Shown one piece after another: positions 1-13,600 of a DNA stretch of 64,000 nucleotides (within the stretch, counting starts at the first letter, position 1; each line of letters begins with the position of its first letter). This DNA is from Tubiluchus corallicola. Its lineage: Eukaryota > Animalia > Priapulida. The stretch spans positions 992,180-1,056,179 of the forward strand of contig JAQGDQ010000005.1 of assembly GCA_030141605.1 (NCBI GenBank). Reading direction: 5' to 3'. The position numbers and the translations under genes were made by a program. The notes below the pieces were generated by a model that did no database searches, was not told the origin of the DNA, and saw only the letters and a program-made list of their open reading frames with translations.

Positions 1-321
1 TAAAGCCAGCAGTTGCTGTGTCTGAAAAATTTTATGAAAAAAGCTCTTTCAGCTAATGTGGTAATGCCTAAGACTTACTATATTTCTCTTTAAGGAGTAA
101 CAGGACGACTTCCTTATGTATGTTGCTTGTCAGGAAAACAGTGTATAAGATTTTACTTTTGAATCTGTCACATATTGACATGTTGTTGTGATGGTAGATC
201 CAATTGCTGGACTATTGCAACTTTGAGAATTTTCTTTAGTAGAAGTTCGTTTCATTCTGCAAATCTTGTAATTGACTCTGGCTTCGCTTCAACTTATTTC
301 AGACCTGACTTCTTGTTTTAG

Positions 322-3300
322 GCAAAGAAGGTGGTTTAGGAGGTACAATGGATGAACTGAGAGAAAAGATTGATGAAATTATGGAAACGGCTGCTAAAGT
401 AACAGCTAAAGTTGTTCAGGCTGATGAAGCATCTAAAGAAGGCATTCAGGACATCTCAGAAGCTGAGGATGCTGTTACCAGAGCAGAGGATGCTTTAAAT
501 ACTGCACAAAAATACATAGAAAAAGAAGGCAAGGCGGCACTGGATGAAGCACAGGAGGCTTCGGATAAATTTGGAATGCAGTCTGATCGGATGTCAGAGA
601 TTGCTCGGGAAGCGAGAGTAGAGGCAGACAGGTATTAATGCTCAATTATCTTTGACGAACATCACTGTGTATAATATGTAACTCTGCTTATATTCTCACC
701 ATATATACTTTGACTGCTGAAGTATTATACATTTAATTTTGAATTACTTGCTTTTTCTAATTGGTTATTGTTCAGTGGAAATAACTTTATGTGTATGCTA
801 TTCTGTTTGACTTTGTGCCAATTAAATTTGCTTCCTACTAACATGCTGCTAAGGAATAAAAAGCGTCGTTTCCGAAATTTGGAAAAGCATTTAAAGAAGA
901 TCGCTCGCAAAAGTCGACGTAAGGCTAAGAGGTACCAGTTGCCTTGCCAAAAGTTTTTTCTTTGACATGTTATGTATATTCTTAGAGTTATAAATGTTTA
1001 TGTTTTAACTTCTTCCCGACTAGTACATACATCTACCTGTCATCTATGACGGGTATAAGCAATGCTTTATTGACTAATCTTTCTAACCTCCAAATTTAAT
1101 GAAATTTGGAAAAGCAACAACCAACATATAAGTAAATCATATAAGAAATGTTCTGTTGTTTTACTTCATTTTCAGTTTTTAAAAATTTGTTTGCAAACTA
1201 TTGGATAAAATTTTGCTTTACACTTGTACGGGACACTCGGCATAACAACGAAAAATGATCTACCCTGTTGTGCTGAACGGTAATGCACGGCTGTCAATTC
1301 AGCAGTGCAGAGGCCCATTGTTATAGTTAGCTGCAGGTTCACCTATAGCAAGCATTGCATTCCTGTACAAATTTTCAGAATATTTTGACGTGTTTGAACA
1401 GTTGCTAACAATTTGCAAACTTAGAGTGTGGAAAAAAGAATGCGCTACAGTTGTTATGTTGAACAGTTTTAGATGCAAGCTATCACTTGGAAACTAGTAT
1501 TCTTTGAAATGAAAAGTGCATAAAAATTTTACGGATTTTTTATATCATCCTGTTAGATCTAAGCATTGCATTTACAAGGCTAGAAAGAAAATTTAATTCT
1601 CTTTCAGAAAATGTATAGTTTTGCACTAGCATCTCATACTATTAGGCTGTTGTGGACATTTCTGAACAGGGATGTCAAAACTACACAAGTATTTATAGTT
1701 GTGAATGAGTTAAGGGTGAAGTTATAAATTATAATTGTCATTTGAGAACACAGATTAACTTTGCTCTTTATTTTGCATGGAATTTGATAGTGCTCTAGTT
1801 GCATCACATTTTCGCTTATTTTTCAGTCTTAGCTCTTGTATGTTGTAGGTGATTCGTAGATCTATGTTGTGATGGCTAAGACAAGCTTTACATTCTATAC
1901 GCATGGATTTTTTGTCATAATTATTTATCACTATTGCCTGCTGCTTGAAAGCAGGAATTTTACTAAAGTATAAAAGCTATTCATACCTAATTTGCAGTTC
2001 TGTGGACATTATTAATAGAGCTAAATGCTATTTCTTATAGGTAGATGTTATTAGTGCATTGTGGTTTTCAGGCAAGAAAAAGAGGCAGCAGAGATTGAGA
2101 AAGTGGCTAACGAAGCTTTGAATACATCAAGAGAAGCTTATAAGATAGCATATGCGGCTATTCAAGGGCAGGGACAAACAACTGATGATATAGAAAAGTT
2201 GCGAAATCAGTAAGCATTTTTACTAATTAAACTTGACTCAGGTAAGTGTAAATTAATAATGGCAATTGTGCAAATTGTCGGGCATTTAGTATCGTCATTC
2301 TCTCAAAAAAATTAGTATAATAAGCAGGTGTGCTTCCAGGATTTTTTCAGTTTTGTGAATTTGAAAATGTAAGAAATTGTTAGATTGAATAATGTCATAA
2401 AATGGCAGTGTGCGGTTAATTATTTTCTTGCTGTCTAAACTTTTAGAAATATTTCAAGAAGGCGCATAACAAGAATGTTCTATAAAAACTTTAGTGAAAA
2501 TCATAAGCTGTTAATTTTTGTTCGTTGTGCTTCTCTAACCATAACCATATAGCGTAAATAAAATTTCATAAAACTTCACCTTTTTTTACTTTTTTATTGT
2601 GTACAGCTACATACTGTTACTTTTCAGAATTTTACTATAATACATTAACCTGTTTAATGTATACAGGTTAGCTTTTCGTGTGAGCTTCAAAAAGTTTTTA
2701 GCTGTTTTCAACATGCCCGTGAACGCTGATCTTTCCGTACACCATTTCTTCCTGAAACGTTGTGCTATTGCTAGCACGTGTGACTCGAAGTTTATCTGTT
2801 GTGCAAAAATTTGTCTGTAGTAAAATTCTTTTTTCTTTAAATACAGCAAATTGTTTATTTCTGTATTATTTTACAACAATTCTGTGTTTGCCACTTCACT
2901 GCAATGTGTATTTTAGGTACTATGATGCAGAAGAATTGTTTGATCGTACAAAGAACTTAGCCGAGAATGCTCGTAAACAGGCAGGAGACGTGTACGATGA
3001 AGTTCTGGAGATGCTGACCAATGCTAACTCACTACAGTTACCAGAAGCTGATTCAGAGTCTTATAGAAATCAGGCTGAATCCATCAGCAGAGAGGTGTGT
3101 ATTACATTACTAAATACATTTCTAACAATGACTTTCTTGTTTTGTCGCTGTTGTTGTCATTGCCATCTTTCAATTTGATGCTTTAAGTTAGAGATTTTTC
3201 CAGATTAGATTTTTTCCAGATGAATCACCAACTACTAGCTATAAAGTGTAAAATGCATAACCTATAAATTTTTATTATGATGCAAAAGTTATTGGCAAGC

Positions 3301-6300
3301 ACAGTGGATGATAAAACAAGATTAGCAAGTTTTTCTTTTACTTGAGGCAGTGAAACATCTTTTGTACTCCATTATTGTGTACATTATTATTAACTTATAA
3401 ATTAATGTCTTTAATTTATTGATGTTTATAAACATAGTGATAATTTGCCAGAGACTTATATTGGAAGGCATTAAAATTTAGTGACTGAAGCACACATAAT
3501 CGCTCTGTCACTGTTCTAATTTTCTAAAGCATTTGTTAATTTTTCTTGATATTTATTTGTTATTTTGCAGGCACAGGAGATAACCGATGAGGCTACAAAT
3601 ATGATGGCAGACAACGAAGAGCTTTTGGAAATGATCAATGAACAGAAAGCAGAAGCAGAACAACTGTTAGAAGACGGAATAAAACAACAACAGATAGCTG
3701 ATGAAATGCTAGCAGATGTAAACAAAGCTAAGGGCCAGGCTGAAGCAGCTGATGCAATGGGTGAACAGACTTTGAAAGAAGCCAATGAAACACTGCAGAC
3801 ATTAAATGGTATGTACATTTCATATAATGACAAAATACTCTAACAGCTACATTCATAGCACTGATGAATCTACATTTGATGTTTGTCAGACACTAACCAA
3901 GTCAACAAATGTCAGTATTATGTTCTACAAATGGAGTATATCATGTTGTGAAATTTTGTCTTTATACTTTAGTATGTTTTAGTGTAGTATACAGTTTTTG
4001 AGTACACAAGTTCTATAGTTAGTTGCTGGAATTTTAGAATTTCAACGCTTGTGATTCAAAAACATTTTAAAATTTTAATTGTTTTCATAACACAGGAAAA
4101 TGTTTCACTAGAATGCTATCCTTAGCCATTTTTCTCACTTCACAGTTTAAACTTTGTTTAACTATATATGCTATCTATAGCCGTCTTTCTCACTTCAAAG
4201 TTTAAACTTTATTTAACTATCTGATCAGTACAAGTTATAGTAATATTTTATACTATGTCTGAAAATGCCAAGCGATCAGTGGAAAATTCTTGATTTTAAA
4301 TAAAAAACAATAATTCGTGAACATATAAATGGCAGCTTGCAGTTAATGTAGATTTGCTAATGAGTTGCAGTGCCATGTCATTTCAATCGTGTTATACAGA
4401 TTTTGATAACCAAGTAAAAGAAAGTGAAGGAAAGGCAAAAGAAGCAATGGAGAAAGTAGGAGAGATTGAAGAACTCATTGAAGAGGCAGAAAGTACAACA
4501 CAAGATGCAGAGGATTTGCTTGCAAATGCTGAACAGGATGCTAACACGGCACGTGATATCGCTCGCCAAGCACAGAAAGTTGCTGAAGGAGCCTCACAGG
4601 TGGGCAGTATCATTGTTATCAGCTGTTACCACTATGTACATATTTCTCAAATGTTTACATTTGTTACTGATTTATTTATTTTGGATGCAAGTTGATGAGT
4701 AACCAGACTGACCAGAGCTTAACCGGTTTAAATTGTATTTAGCAATTAAGCAAAATTCTCTCACAAATGCGTAGTGTTCAGTGAGAAACTTGTATTATTT
4801 CAGGATGCCGAGCAAATTCGTGAAGATGCTGCTTCAACGAAAGACAGAGCTGAACAGCTAAAGGATGAAACAGATAGTCTTGCTGAAGAAGTGTCTGGGG
4901 TAGAGGAGCTGCTGGTAACATTAGAAAATCAAACCGTTCAGGATGAGGAGCTAGCTAAGCAGGTGTGCAGCAATTCATTTGATGTCTTTGCAGCACTTTA
5001 CTAATAAGTTGTAATAAGTTGTAACGAAAACTCATTTTTTTAGTTCATAAATTTCTTTAGATATGTTTAAAATACTAACAAACTAGGAGTCCTCAGTAGA
5101 GTAGCATATTTCTAATTTGCCGATAAGATGCCCGGAGACTACTACAAAAATATGTTTTCTATATTGATGCAGTTGTAATTTTCACTTAAAATGATATTAA
5201 ATCTTTATACAGCTACCATCATAATAGAGCATCATAATTATTACAATGTATTTGAAGATTTTCTGCATTGACACGGATTGAATTTTTTTTTCACTTAAAA
5301 TAACAGTGTACTAAATGGTTGTGAAAATCAGAGCCACTGTCAGAAGGCGCAGATTTATCATGTGTTTCTGATTGTTATTATCTGACCCCAGCTAATATAT
5401 TATATTTAATTTAGCTGTCTGACTGTGTACTGTTCGTGAGCGGTGGACATATTACATTGGATAGGACTTTTTATATGATTATCTTCAAAAAAATGTTCAA
5501 AATTCAAATCTGCACCTTATGAGTCAAAAATGAATAGGCTCTGAGCTTGACCCCATTCCGTACGCATGTACCAAGTATCGACTTCTATATTACTCAACAG
5601 CCGAGAACGAGAAAAAATAGTGACATATAGGTGGACGGACGGACGGACTGACAAACAGGACTGATAATTCTAATGAAGTGGCAACTATAATAAAGATATT
5701 TACGGTTTACTTTCACAATCATTGGTAAATTATAAATTTGATTTTCTTGCATTCTAGGCATTAGAAAAAGCAGATCAAGCCAAGCAGTTAGCAACAGATT
5801 CTTCTACTAAAGTTAAAGAAGCCTTAGACAGTGTCAACAAAATATTAGAAGATCTTGGTAAGTAATTAAATGTGGCACTCACAATCTGAACATCTTCAAA
5901 AAATTGTAAAATGTGTTGCGTGGGCTTAGCAAAATTAAGCGTAACTTACCACCAGAGACTTACAATGAGCATGTAACATCTGCCTACAAACTCAATTTCA
6001 TGCCTTGAATAACATTTTAAAAGAAACATTTTATAAAAATGTATGTTTTCTGAAATTAGTGTATTGTGTAACTCAATACAATGAGTGATGCTGAATACTG
6101 ATTCCGTTTATGTTTCATAGTCTGCTCAGTAAATTGTGCTTTGTTTATTTAGACAAGCTTGACAGCGTAGATGAAGATCGGCTGAATGAGTTAGAAGCAG
6201 AACTGGAGAATGCTCAGCAAATATTGAAAGAGGCAAAACTTGACGAGCGATTAGAAAAACTTCGGAAGGCTAACGAGCAGCAAAGCCAGTGGGTGAAGGA

Positions 6301-6412
6301 TTATAGCGCCGAGTTGGAACAGCTGCGGAGGGATGTTAACAACATCGAGGATATTCGTAACTCGTTACCTGATGGCTGCTTTAGGACAGAAGTTTTAGAA
6401 CCAATAGGATAA
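322..6412 (+). CDS. LAMC1: Laminin gamma chain (LAMC1/LanB2-like), C-terminal coiled-coil exons; 5' part lies upstream of the window
   Basis: Phase-consistent GT-AG exons 322-631, 2072-2209, 2917-3094, 3571-3808, 4400-4599, 4804-4962, 5758-5857, 6153-6412 encode an acidic Ala/Glu-rich heptad region. It ends DVNNIEDIRNSLPDGCFRTEVLEPIG*, matching the laminin gamma tail (LPxxCF....E, with the interchain Cys and integrin-binding Glu). Confidence 0.93.
854..931 (+). CDS. Candidate 78-nt polybasic cassette exon of the laminin gamma gene
   Basis: TACTAAC branch-like motif 836-842, AAG acceptor 851-853, donor AG|GTACCA. Phase 2-2 fits the flanking exons; no stop; encodes (R)NKKRRFRNLEKHLKKIARKSRRKAK(R). 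Confidence 0.65.
4123..4220. repeat. Direct duplication of about 43 bp in a laminin intron
   Basis: tagcc..tttctcacttca(c/a)agtttaaacttt(g/a)tttaactat occurs twice. Confidence 0.8.
5077..5690. mobile_element. Possible non-autonomous Helentron/DINE-1-like (HINE) element
   Basis: (GGAC)4 microsatellite 5633-5648 followed by TGACAAACAG, a catgtaccaagt motif, and AACAAACTAG / TATAATAAA ends in A-rich context. Boundaries are approximate. Confidence 0.4.
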
Positions 6413-7594
6413 AGATGTTGTATTTAATGCCATTATTGTATATTTAGTATAATGTGTAGTGCCTGCATATTCTTAGGGTGCTTTATTTTATTTTATTTTT
6501 TGTTACATAGTCAGCTTACAACATTAACTGATTGTACTTTGAGTGTGTGTTTGTACAGATGGACATCTTTTTCATAAAGTTGTTTTTTTTCGTTACAGAC
6601 ACTTGGAATCTTAAAATTTTTGTTAAAAGTCCAATTTTTTTTGCAGTTCGCGAAATCCAGTTTGTGGTAACACATAACATAAATGTGCTTCAGGTGAATT
6701 TGCATTGTTTGACAAAAATGTATCATTTTACAGACAAGACTTCAGCCAGTTTTCCTCAACTTCTTGCATTCCCAAGCTTTGCTTAGTATGATGCATGTTT
6801 CTTTAAATCCCCTCCTAAGCTGCAATTTTTTAGTCCCTAAAATAGCCCGTGTTCATATTGTATTCTCCAATTATCGATGTGTAGTGTGGCTCAGCAGTTA
6901 TATTATACATAATGGGAAATGTAAAAGATAAACTTATTCACCAAGGGAAAAGCCACTGGTGCTTGAATTGCTTGTAGTTTTTTGCATAAGTGAGTAGTGA
7001 AGTGCCAGAATTTTTTCACCACATTTAGTTTCCTAGTTTACAGTGCTGGTGGGTGTCCTAAACCTATAAAAGAATTGATAAATTCCTTAACAGTTCATTC
7101 GTCAGTGGTATATTTAAATTGCATGACTCATTTTTGACACTTAGACCTTAGTGGTTTGTAGCTTCTTTTTGTAAAACCATCAGTAGTTTTACATTCAGAC
7201 ATCATATAAATGTTAAATATTATATATATGTATGTGTAAGTATTTATTTTATATTGTCGTGATGTCCATAGCGTTGTAGTTTTAAAATGTATTATGCACA
7301 ATACTAAGTTATCTGCATTTCACCAAAACACAGTCGACTATCAGTGCTTGAAAAGTTTTCCTGTTTCTTTCTAATAAAGTCACATTGTTGATACTAAGTT
7401 GTAAAGAAGAGATAAATGCATTTATGATATTTTGTATCAAAGATTTTCTTTCTCGTAAAAATTTATCACGGATTGAATTTTTCTCAACATCTTCATACAA
7501 GATTCAGGAACCATGGGCTTCCATTCACATGTGCGTCACTCGCATTGGGATTCTTGTTTGAACTAATATCATCTGAAAGTATTCTGTATCTTGT

Positions 7595-7676
7595 CACGTT
7601 TCTTCACTGTAGTATGTAGCCAGTTAAGTTTTGAACACGTTTCTTCACTGAAGTATACAGCCAGTTAGGTTTTGAA
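7595..7676. repeat. 41-bp tandem duplication in the laminin 3' region
   Basis: cacgtttcttcactg(t/a)agtat(gt/ac)agccagtta(a/g)gttttgaa x2. Confidence 0.85.
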
Positions 7677-9479
7677 AAGTGTTTTGCATTCCTGCTAAAA
7701 TTAATCTTATGTTAGTGTATGAATGTCTTTAGCTGAACTTCCTTAGTGTGCTTCCAGGTACGCTGTAAGCTATGGTGAAATTAGGTTATTATGGTGCTAG
7801 AAGGTAATGTAAATTGAATTTTATTATGATTGTTATCGCTGTGGAACCAACACTGCCATTCTGTTCTCAAGTATTCCACATTATAATGGTGGCCTTTAGT
7901 TTTAAGCCATGTGCGCATGTCTTTGCCACAGGGATTATAGATAGTAAAAACTATTTTTATTTTGGGTCCGAATCATTTATAAAAGCATTTATTATTACTA
8001 AACGTCTATGGTATTGCTTTCATAATTGTTTGTATATTATATAGATAAGAAATTTAGATGCCTAGATGAGAACTGCTTAACGTCTAATAAGATCTATTAA
8101 TGTCGTGTTAGAATGCAAACGGTTCATTCATATACCATTGATGCAATAAATTTTCTGGTGCTGTATTGTAATCTCGTGTTTTCAATCATGAAAAATGTTA
8201 TTAATAATTATGTGGCTAAGCACAAGTATAATAGCGGATAGATTTAAGTATTATAAATGACGTATTTAATTACTCTCTTGATGTGTGTGTGTGTGTACTT
8301 TGAGCTTTTTTAATGTACTATTATACTAAGTATGGAAACTTGTCTTTGTACCCCATATTTTATCATCTTTAGCAAATCATAACTCCTACAGAATCACAAA
8401 TTTGTTATTTTACGACTAGTTGCATTTTCTAGTAGCTTTGTTTTATCATTTTTCTACAAAGTTAGTTGCTAAATACTTAAGTCAGTATTGAAAACAGGGA
8501 ATCATTACTGTACCAAACTTTTTCAATTTGTTTAAGTTTTACCTTAATTTTTTTATATATATGAAAGCCAGTAATGATTATCTTGAATTGAAAAAATGTC
8601 AGTTTTGTTTTTTGGGCTGATTTAATTGAATCGTTATAGTCAAACAATAAAAAATGGTAAAACATACAATACATTTTCGCTTTATTTTTTTAGTTAATAA
8701 TAATTTATTCATCTCAACAACATGGTATTTCTCGCCCTCTGTCAAGAGTTTATAGGCTTGTCGATTATAATGCTAAATTGTTTCTTTGCTGTCAGTTGCA
8801 ACAGATTTGTCCCACCATGACGAAATTGCGTTCATTTTCAGGTACGAGAATTTCCTTTTGATAGAGTGGACAGACATGCTCGTTAAACGCGTGCTTACTT
8901 CGGTGAAGCTGCAGTTGCAGTTCGCTGCAATATGCCGTAGCTTTCATGTCTCAGCAGCATATCTGCAAATTTAATCTTGCATGGTCTGCATGTTTATTAA
9001 TTTTTAAAATTACAAAAAATCCAAAATTTATTGAGTGTAGAATTTTCGCTTCAAACTGTTATTGTAATAAAACAGTTATAAATGTTATTTTTAACTAGGT
9101 CTTTCTTTATTTTCTGTATCATTAATTGACATATATGCCCAGGCCGGATTTACAAATGATTAGAAAACGTAATAAAGATATGCGGTGAGATTTATCAATC
9201 CTTTTTGTTTTTGGAAGAGCCTGCTCAGTGACCTCGTTGGGCAGAGCTTATTATGGTAATAAATCTATCTTCTCTCCCACTTATCGTCGATACCAGTAAA
9301 AAGTGTTTGTTTGCAAGATCAATTACACGAATTTACTTTACTTGTAATCACACTGTGTAAATCATTCACTTTGTCGTGAAGGACGACTATATGACCATTG
9401 CGGGAAATAAACCACTAGTCGTCTGCGGTTTATACATTTATAAAGTTTTGCTACTTACTGTTTGAAAGAAGAACTGCAA

Positions 9480-10024
9480 GGAAGTCTAGCAAAATTATGT
9501 AAAAATACGATAAAAGGGGAAAACAAAATCAAAAATATGATAGGCTATATTTTGCCTATTTCTGGTTGGATTTCAGTAAGGTCTTCCTCTATGCAGTAAA
9601 CACAGTGGATATAAATGTAATAACTAAATCTAGATGGAAAAAGTATGTAAAGAATGAAATTCATTTATTTATAGAAAAAGAGCTTAAAACTAAAATAGAA
9701 ACTATGATAAAATTAAGATTTTTAAAAAACAGAACTTTCCAAAGACAAATGTATGTCTAAAAATGGTTAGACAACATGAAAGGTATTATTTTAATTGGGC
9801 TTAATATGATAGATGTTAAAGCAAATTTCAAAAATCTGTATAAAGGGGATCTTAAATGTTGTTTATGTCAGGTAACACAGGACACTATTGAGCATCTTTT
9901 TGAATGTAAAGCTATGTATATCAACAATTTGGGCCTATCTGCGCAAGATATAAGTGAATGGAACATAAATAAATTACTACTGACTAGGATATATGTTAAC
10001 GAGCTGTTGAAACTAAAAATATAA
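9480..10024 (+). mobile_element. Degenerate non-LTR retrotransposon 3' fragment (C-terminal CCHC region of ORF2)
   Basis: Broken frames encode GLNMIDVKANFKNLYKGDLKCCLCQVTQDTIEHLFECK, a typical LINE C-terminal zinc knuckle. Confidence 0.7.
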
Positions 10025-10261
10025 TTAAAGACGAGTGAACAGTAAAGACAAATTGACGTTAAAGATATTTGGTGTGATTTGTAAATCAAATTGATCGTGT
10101 TGTCGATCTCGCAAACAGACACCTTTTATTGATGTCTGTTTGCTTGCCACTGGTGGTGAAGCGGATCGAGCGTATCAACGGTATCCACGGTAGTAAGGAC
10201 GATATAATTTTTTAGTCCTATGCAGTAAGGATAATATACTGCTATACTGTCATGATTAGGG

Positions 10262-10500
10262 GTTAAGCGAGTATACTTATACAAACCCCGTATTTTTCCG
10301 CAAAATAATTGTTGATTAAGGTTTTAAACTTTACCACGGTTGGTGCGGCAATTAGCATGGCAGGCAGATTATTCCATTCATTCACAACTCTCACAGAAAA
10401 TGAACATTTACGAGTGTCAAGACATGACCGCTATTTAAACAGCTTTAAACTGTGTCCTCTGACAACACTTATTAAATTTCTACCACTATCGTATAATATT
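10262..10500 (-). mobile_element. CR1-type LINE 3' fragment
   Basis: Minus strand reads RGHSLKLFK*RSCLDTRKCSFSVRVVNEWNNLPAMLIAAPTVVKFKTLIN, the characteristic CR1 ORF2 C-terminus, with an in-frame stop. Confidence 0.85.
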
Positions 10501-10695
10501 TATGGTAGATAGTATATACTACCACAATGCTACCATTAAGTTTTATTGCAGTTCCTTACATCTATCATGATCTATGACAAGGCCGTCAGCTATAGGGAAA
10601 CCAGCAAACACCAAGCCAAAAAGACACTGCGTATTGCCAACTACCCAGCCATTGCACTTGCTAAAGCTAGAGTTTAACCGGCATGTGTATTCAAA

Positions 10696-13600
10696 ATGTT
10701 AAGAGTCATGAATGAATACTTGTTAAAAAATTCCAAGAACTTATGGGTTTTTATCAACCTTTTAGCGCCGCAGAAGTTTAGTTATAAGCCAATTAGCATT
10801 TTAAATAGGTCATGTTATAAAAGTGCCCTTAGTCTTAATAAGTTATACCCAAATAGCGAATCACAGTCAGGAATCTCATTGACGTCGATGCAGGTATTGC
10901 TACATCACGATTTACGAATTAGGCAAAATTGCGAACTACATTGCAAATTACGAACTGCATTAGGAAACTAACCCTGAAAAATTTCTTGATCCTAACAAAC
11001 CTTTTTTGAGTATTAGTATTAGTACTAATAAGTAATAAGTTAGTGGTAGTGGTATTCAAGATTTTTTCGTATTTACACTACGTCAGAAGTTGGCGCTTGC
11101 TCAATTTCACCATGTACTGCCTCGCCGTATATGTACTGCGGTACCGTGTACCGTAGCACCATGTGCGGCATCTATTTACCACCGTACGATGTACCACCGC
11201 GCAATTCATTGTGTAGGGCGCGGAGTATGCCACTAGCCGAAGTAGGACACTTCCACTAAAGCGCACGTGCTAAATTTGTGGAAAAGCAGCATCGTACATG
11301 GGCAGCCTAAGCAGGGCACTGGCGATTTCTGTCGAGAATCGAGAATTATGACATAATAAAACATGAAACTAAATTTGTTTTAGAGAAAAAGTAACTTTAT
11401 AATAATGATGGATAGTCCTTGACAATTTACAAATGTATTTTTTACAATAATATCATCATTATTATTTGCTCCATTAATATCATCATAATGTTAAACTAAT
11501 GATCTAATGCTTTAAAGAGAGAAACTATGTAGGGCACATAGCTCGCTAGCCCATTTACTTAGTAGAAAACAATTATTTGTCCAAGAGATAGTGAAACAGA
11601 TCACCTGTCTGTGAAGCGAGACAAAATAAAAAATGATATACTTTAAGCAAATGCTGGAATCGCCTAAAAAGCGGGCTTATTTCACTTCAAAAATATTAAT
11701 ATCGAAGCCAAATTTAATATTGGCGGTTCTACTAGCTCAGAATAAGATTCTTTTATGTTATCAGATGTATAATAAATTATTCAGCGTGTATTGATGTTTT
11801 CGATTAGTATTATTAAATAAACAAGGACAACGGATGCTGCCAGTACGCTGCCTAACGACTCATTTCGTGACCTGTCTCTAGGTACGCAGCGCCACAACAC
11901 AAAGGAATGTCGACCAAGTGCAAACGTATCACATAGTATTCTCAGGCACTGGCTAACGCATGTCATTTGGATTGCCCTTATAAATTTTATTATTTAAGAG
12001 CTTTCGCACAAGCCTTTCAATGGTGCTACTCACACTGCATCACTTCAGCCAGCTAAGCCTTTCATCAAGTTTTCATTTTTTAAAACACAAAAGCAAATAA
12101 TTATAAAATTTAGCCATATGAATTGCAAACAGTTATTTCCAAGTCATACTTAGGTGTTAAAACAGATTTAGCACTGTGGTGTTAGAAAATTTAGGTAAGT
12201 GTTATAGATGTAGGAGATGACATCTCTAGCACTTACGTAAATTTTGTTATAATTATACATTATGTGTGGCATACACAGAATTCTTGTTCACAAGTTATGT
12301 TCAATGCTGATAGAGGGCTCGCTTTTGGGTCAGTTATGAGTAGAAACGGTGGTTGGGAATTAGACTCAGCAACATGGATATTCTGACTATTATTTTAAAG
12401 TGAATTACTTTCAAGCACTTATTGGTTGTAAATTAGTCACTAACAGATGAGCAACAAAGTGATATACCCGATAAAACAATTGACACCCACTAAAGTGATT
12501 ATGGATTATAGATTATGAATTAATACTAATAGTAATATTAAAATATTTTGCATTCCCTCGTAAAGTAATGTGTTCCGTTACAGTTATTTTGCACTCTCAA
12601 GCAAAGTTTTTACAAAGTTTTATGATGTTTTTTATCAAAGATGTGTATCTTTATCTTTTCAGATGTTTAGAAAAGGTGGTATGGTAGTGGCATATTAAAC
12701 TGACAAATAATTTGAACAAAAACATGGTATTTCTTAAAAGACTGGGGTTTTCGAGTTTTGCTTGAATGTAGAATACTTAAACGATAATTATGTTCGTTTA
12801 ACAAATTGCATTCAGTTATACAACCAGCCAATTTTTATTTTTATTTTAGCAAGCTTTTTCTTCTGATCTATACAGTGGAAAGTTTGGTGGATACATCCCA
12901 TTGGGTATGTATGCATTTTTCAGTTAACGATGTACTGTCTATAGTTTGTTGGGTAGAGGGATGTGATATTTCCTACGATGTTCAACTATGAAAAACAGTC
13001 TTGATGTCGATCAGTTGCCTATCTTGTGCAAGAGAGTTTAATTCCTGAGATGTGCAGGCAGTGTGATGGGCATGTAAGACATGGACTGCTAGGTTGAATA
13101 TGGAAATACTGAAGTAAAAAATTCAACTACCTCCACCACTAAATATAGCAAAAATTTCACATAACATTGTAAATAGTATAGTGTTGTATATTGTAGTGTT
13201 GCAATATGGTGAAATGTGGTAGTTTTAAAGAAATACATGAAATACCAAAACCTGTCTACGTACAAAAGCTTATATTAAGTTTTTGCTACTGTCAAACAGA
13301 GAAAAATTCTAAAATCTTCCAAAATGACATCATTACAGTCACAGTTAAAATCGTGTTCAGCATGTTTCTCTACAGTACGACATGAGATAAAACGCGCAGT
13401 TATAAACTAAAACACGTGTTATTGATGTCTAGCTTTAAATTGCGCCAAAACTGTGGTCATTGACTATGAAAAATCTATAATCTACTTGTGATTGTAGAAC
13501 ACACTATACAGTACAAATGATTCTAGTCTACGATAATTGCGGCGGTAGGATGACATCGGTTCCATTCTCACAATCAAGAAAAACCATTCCATGATTGTTG

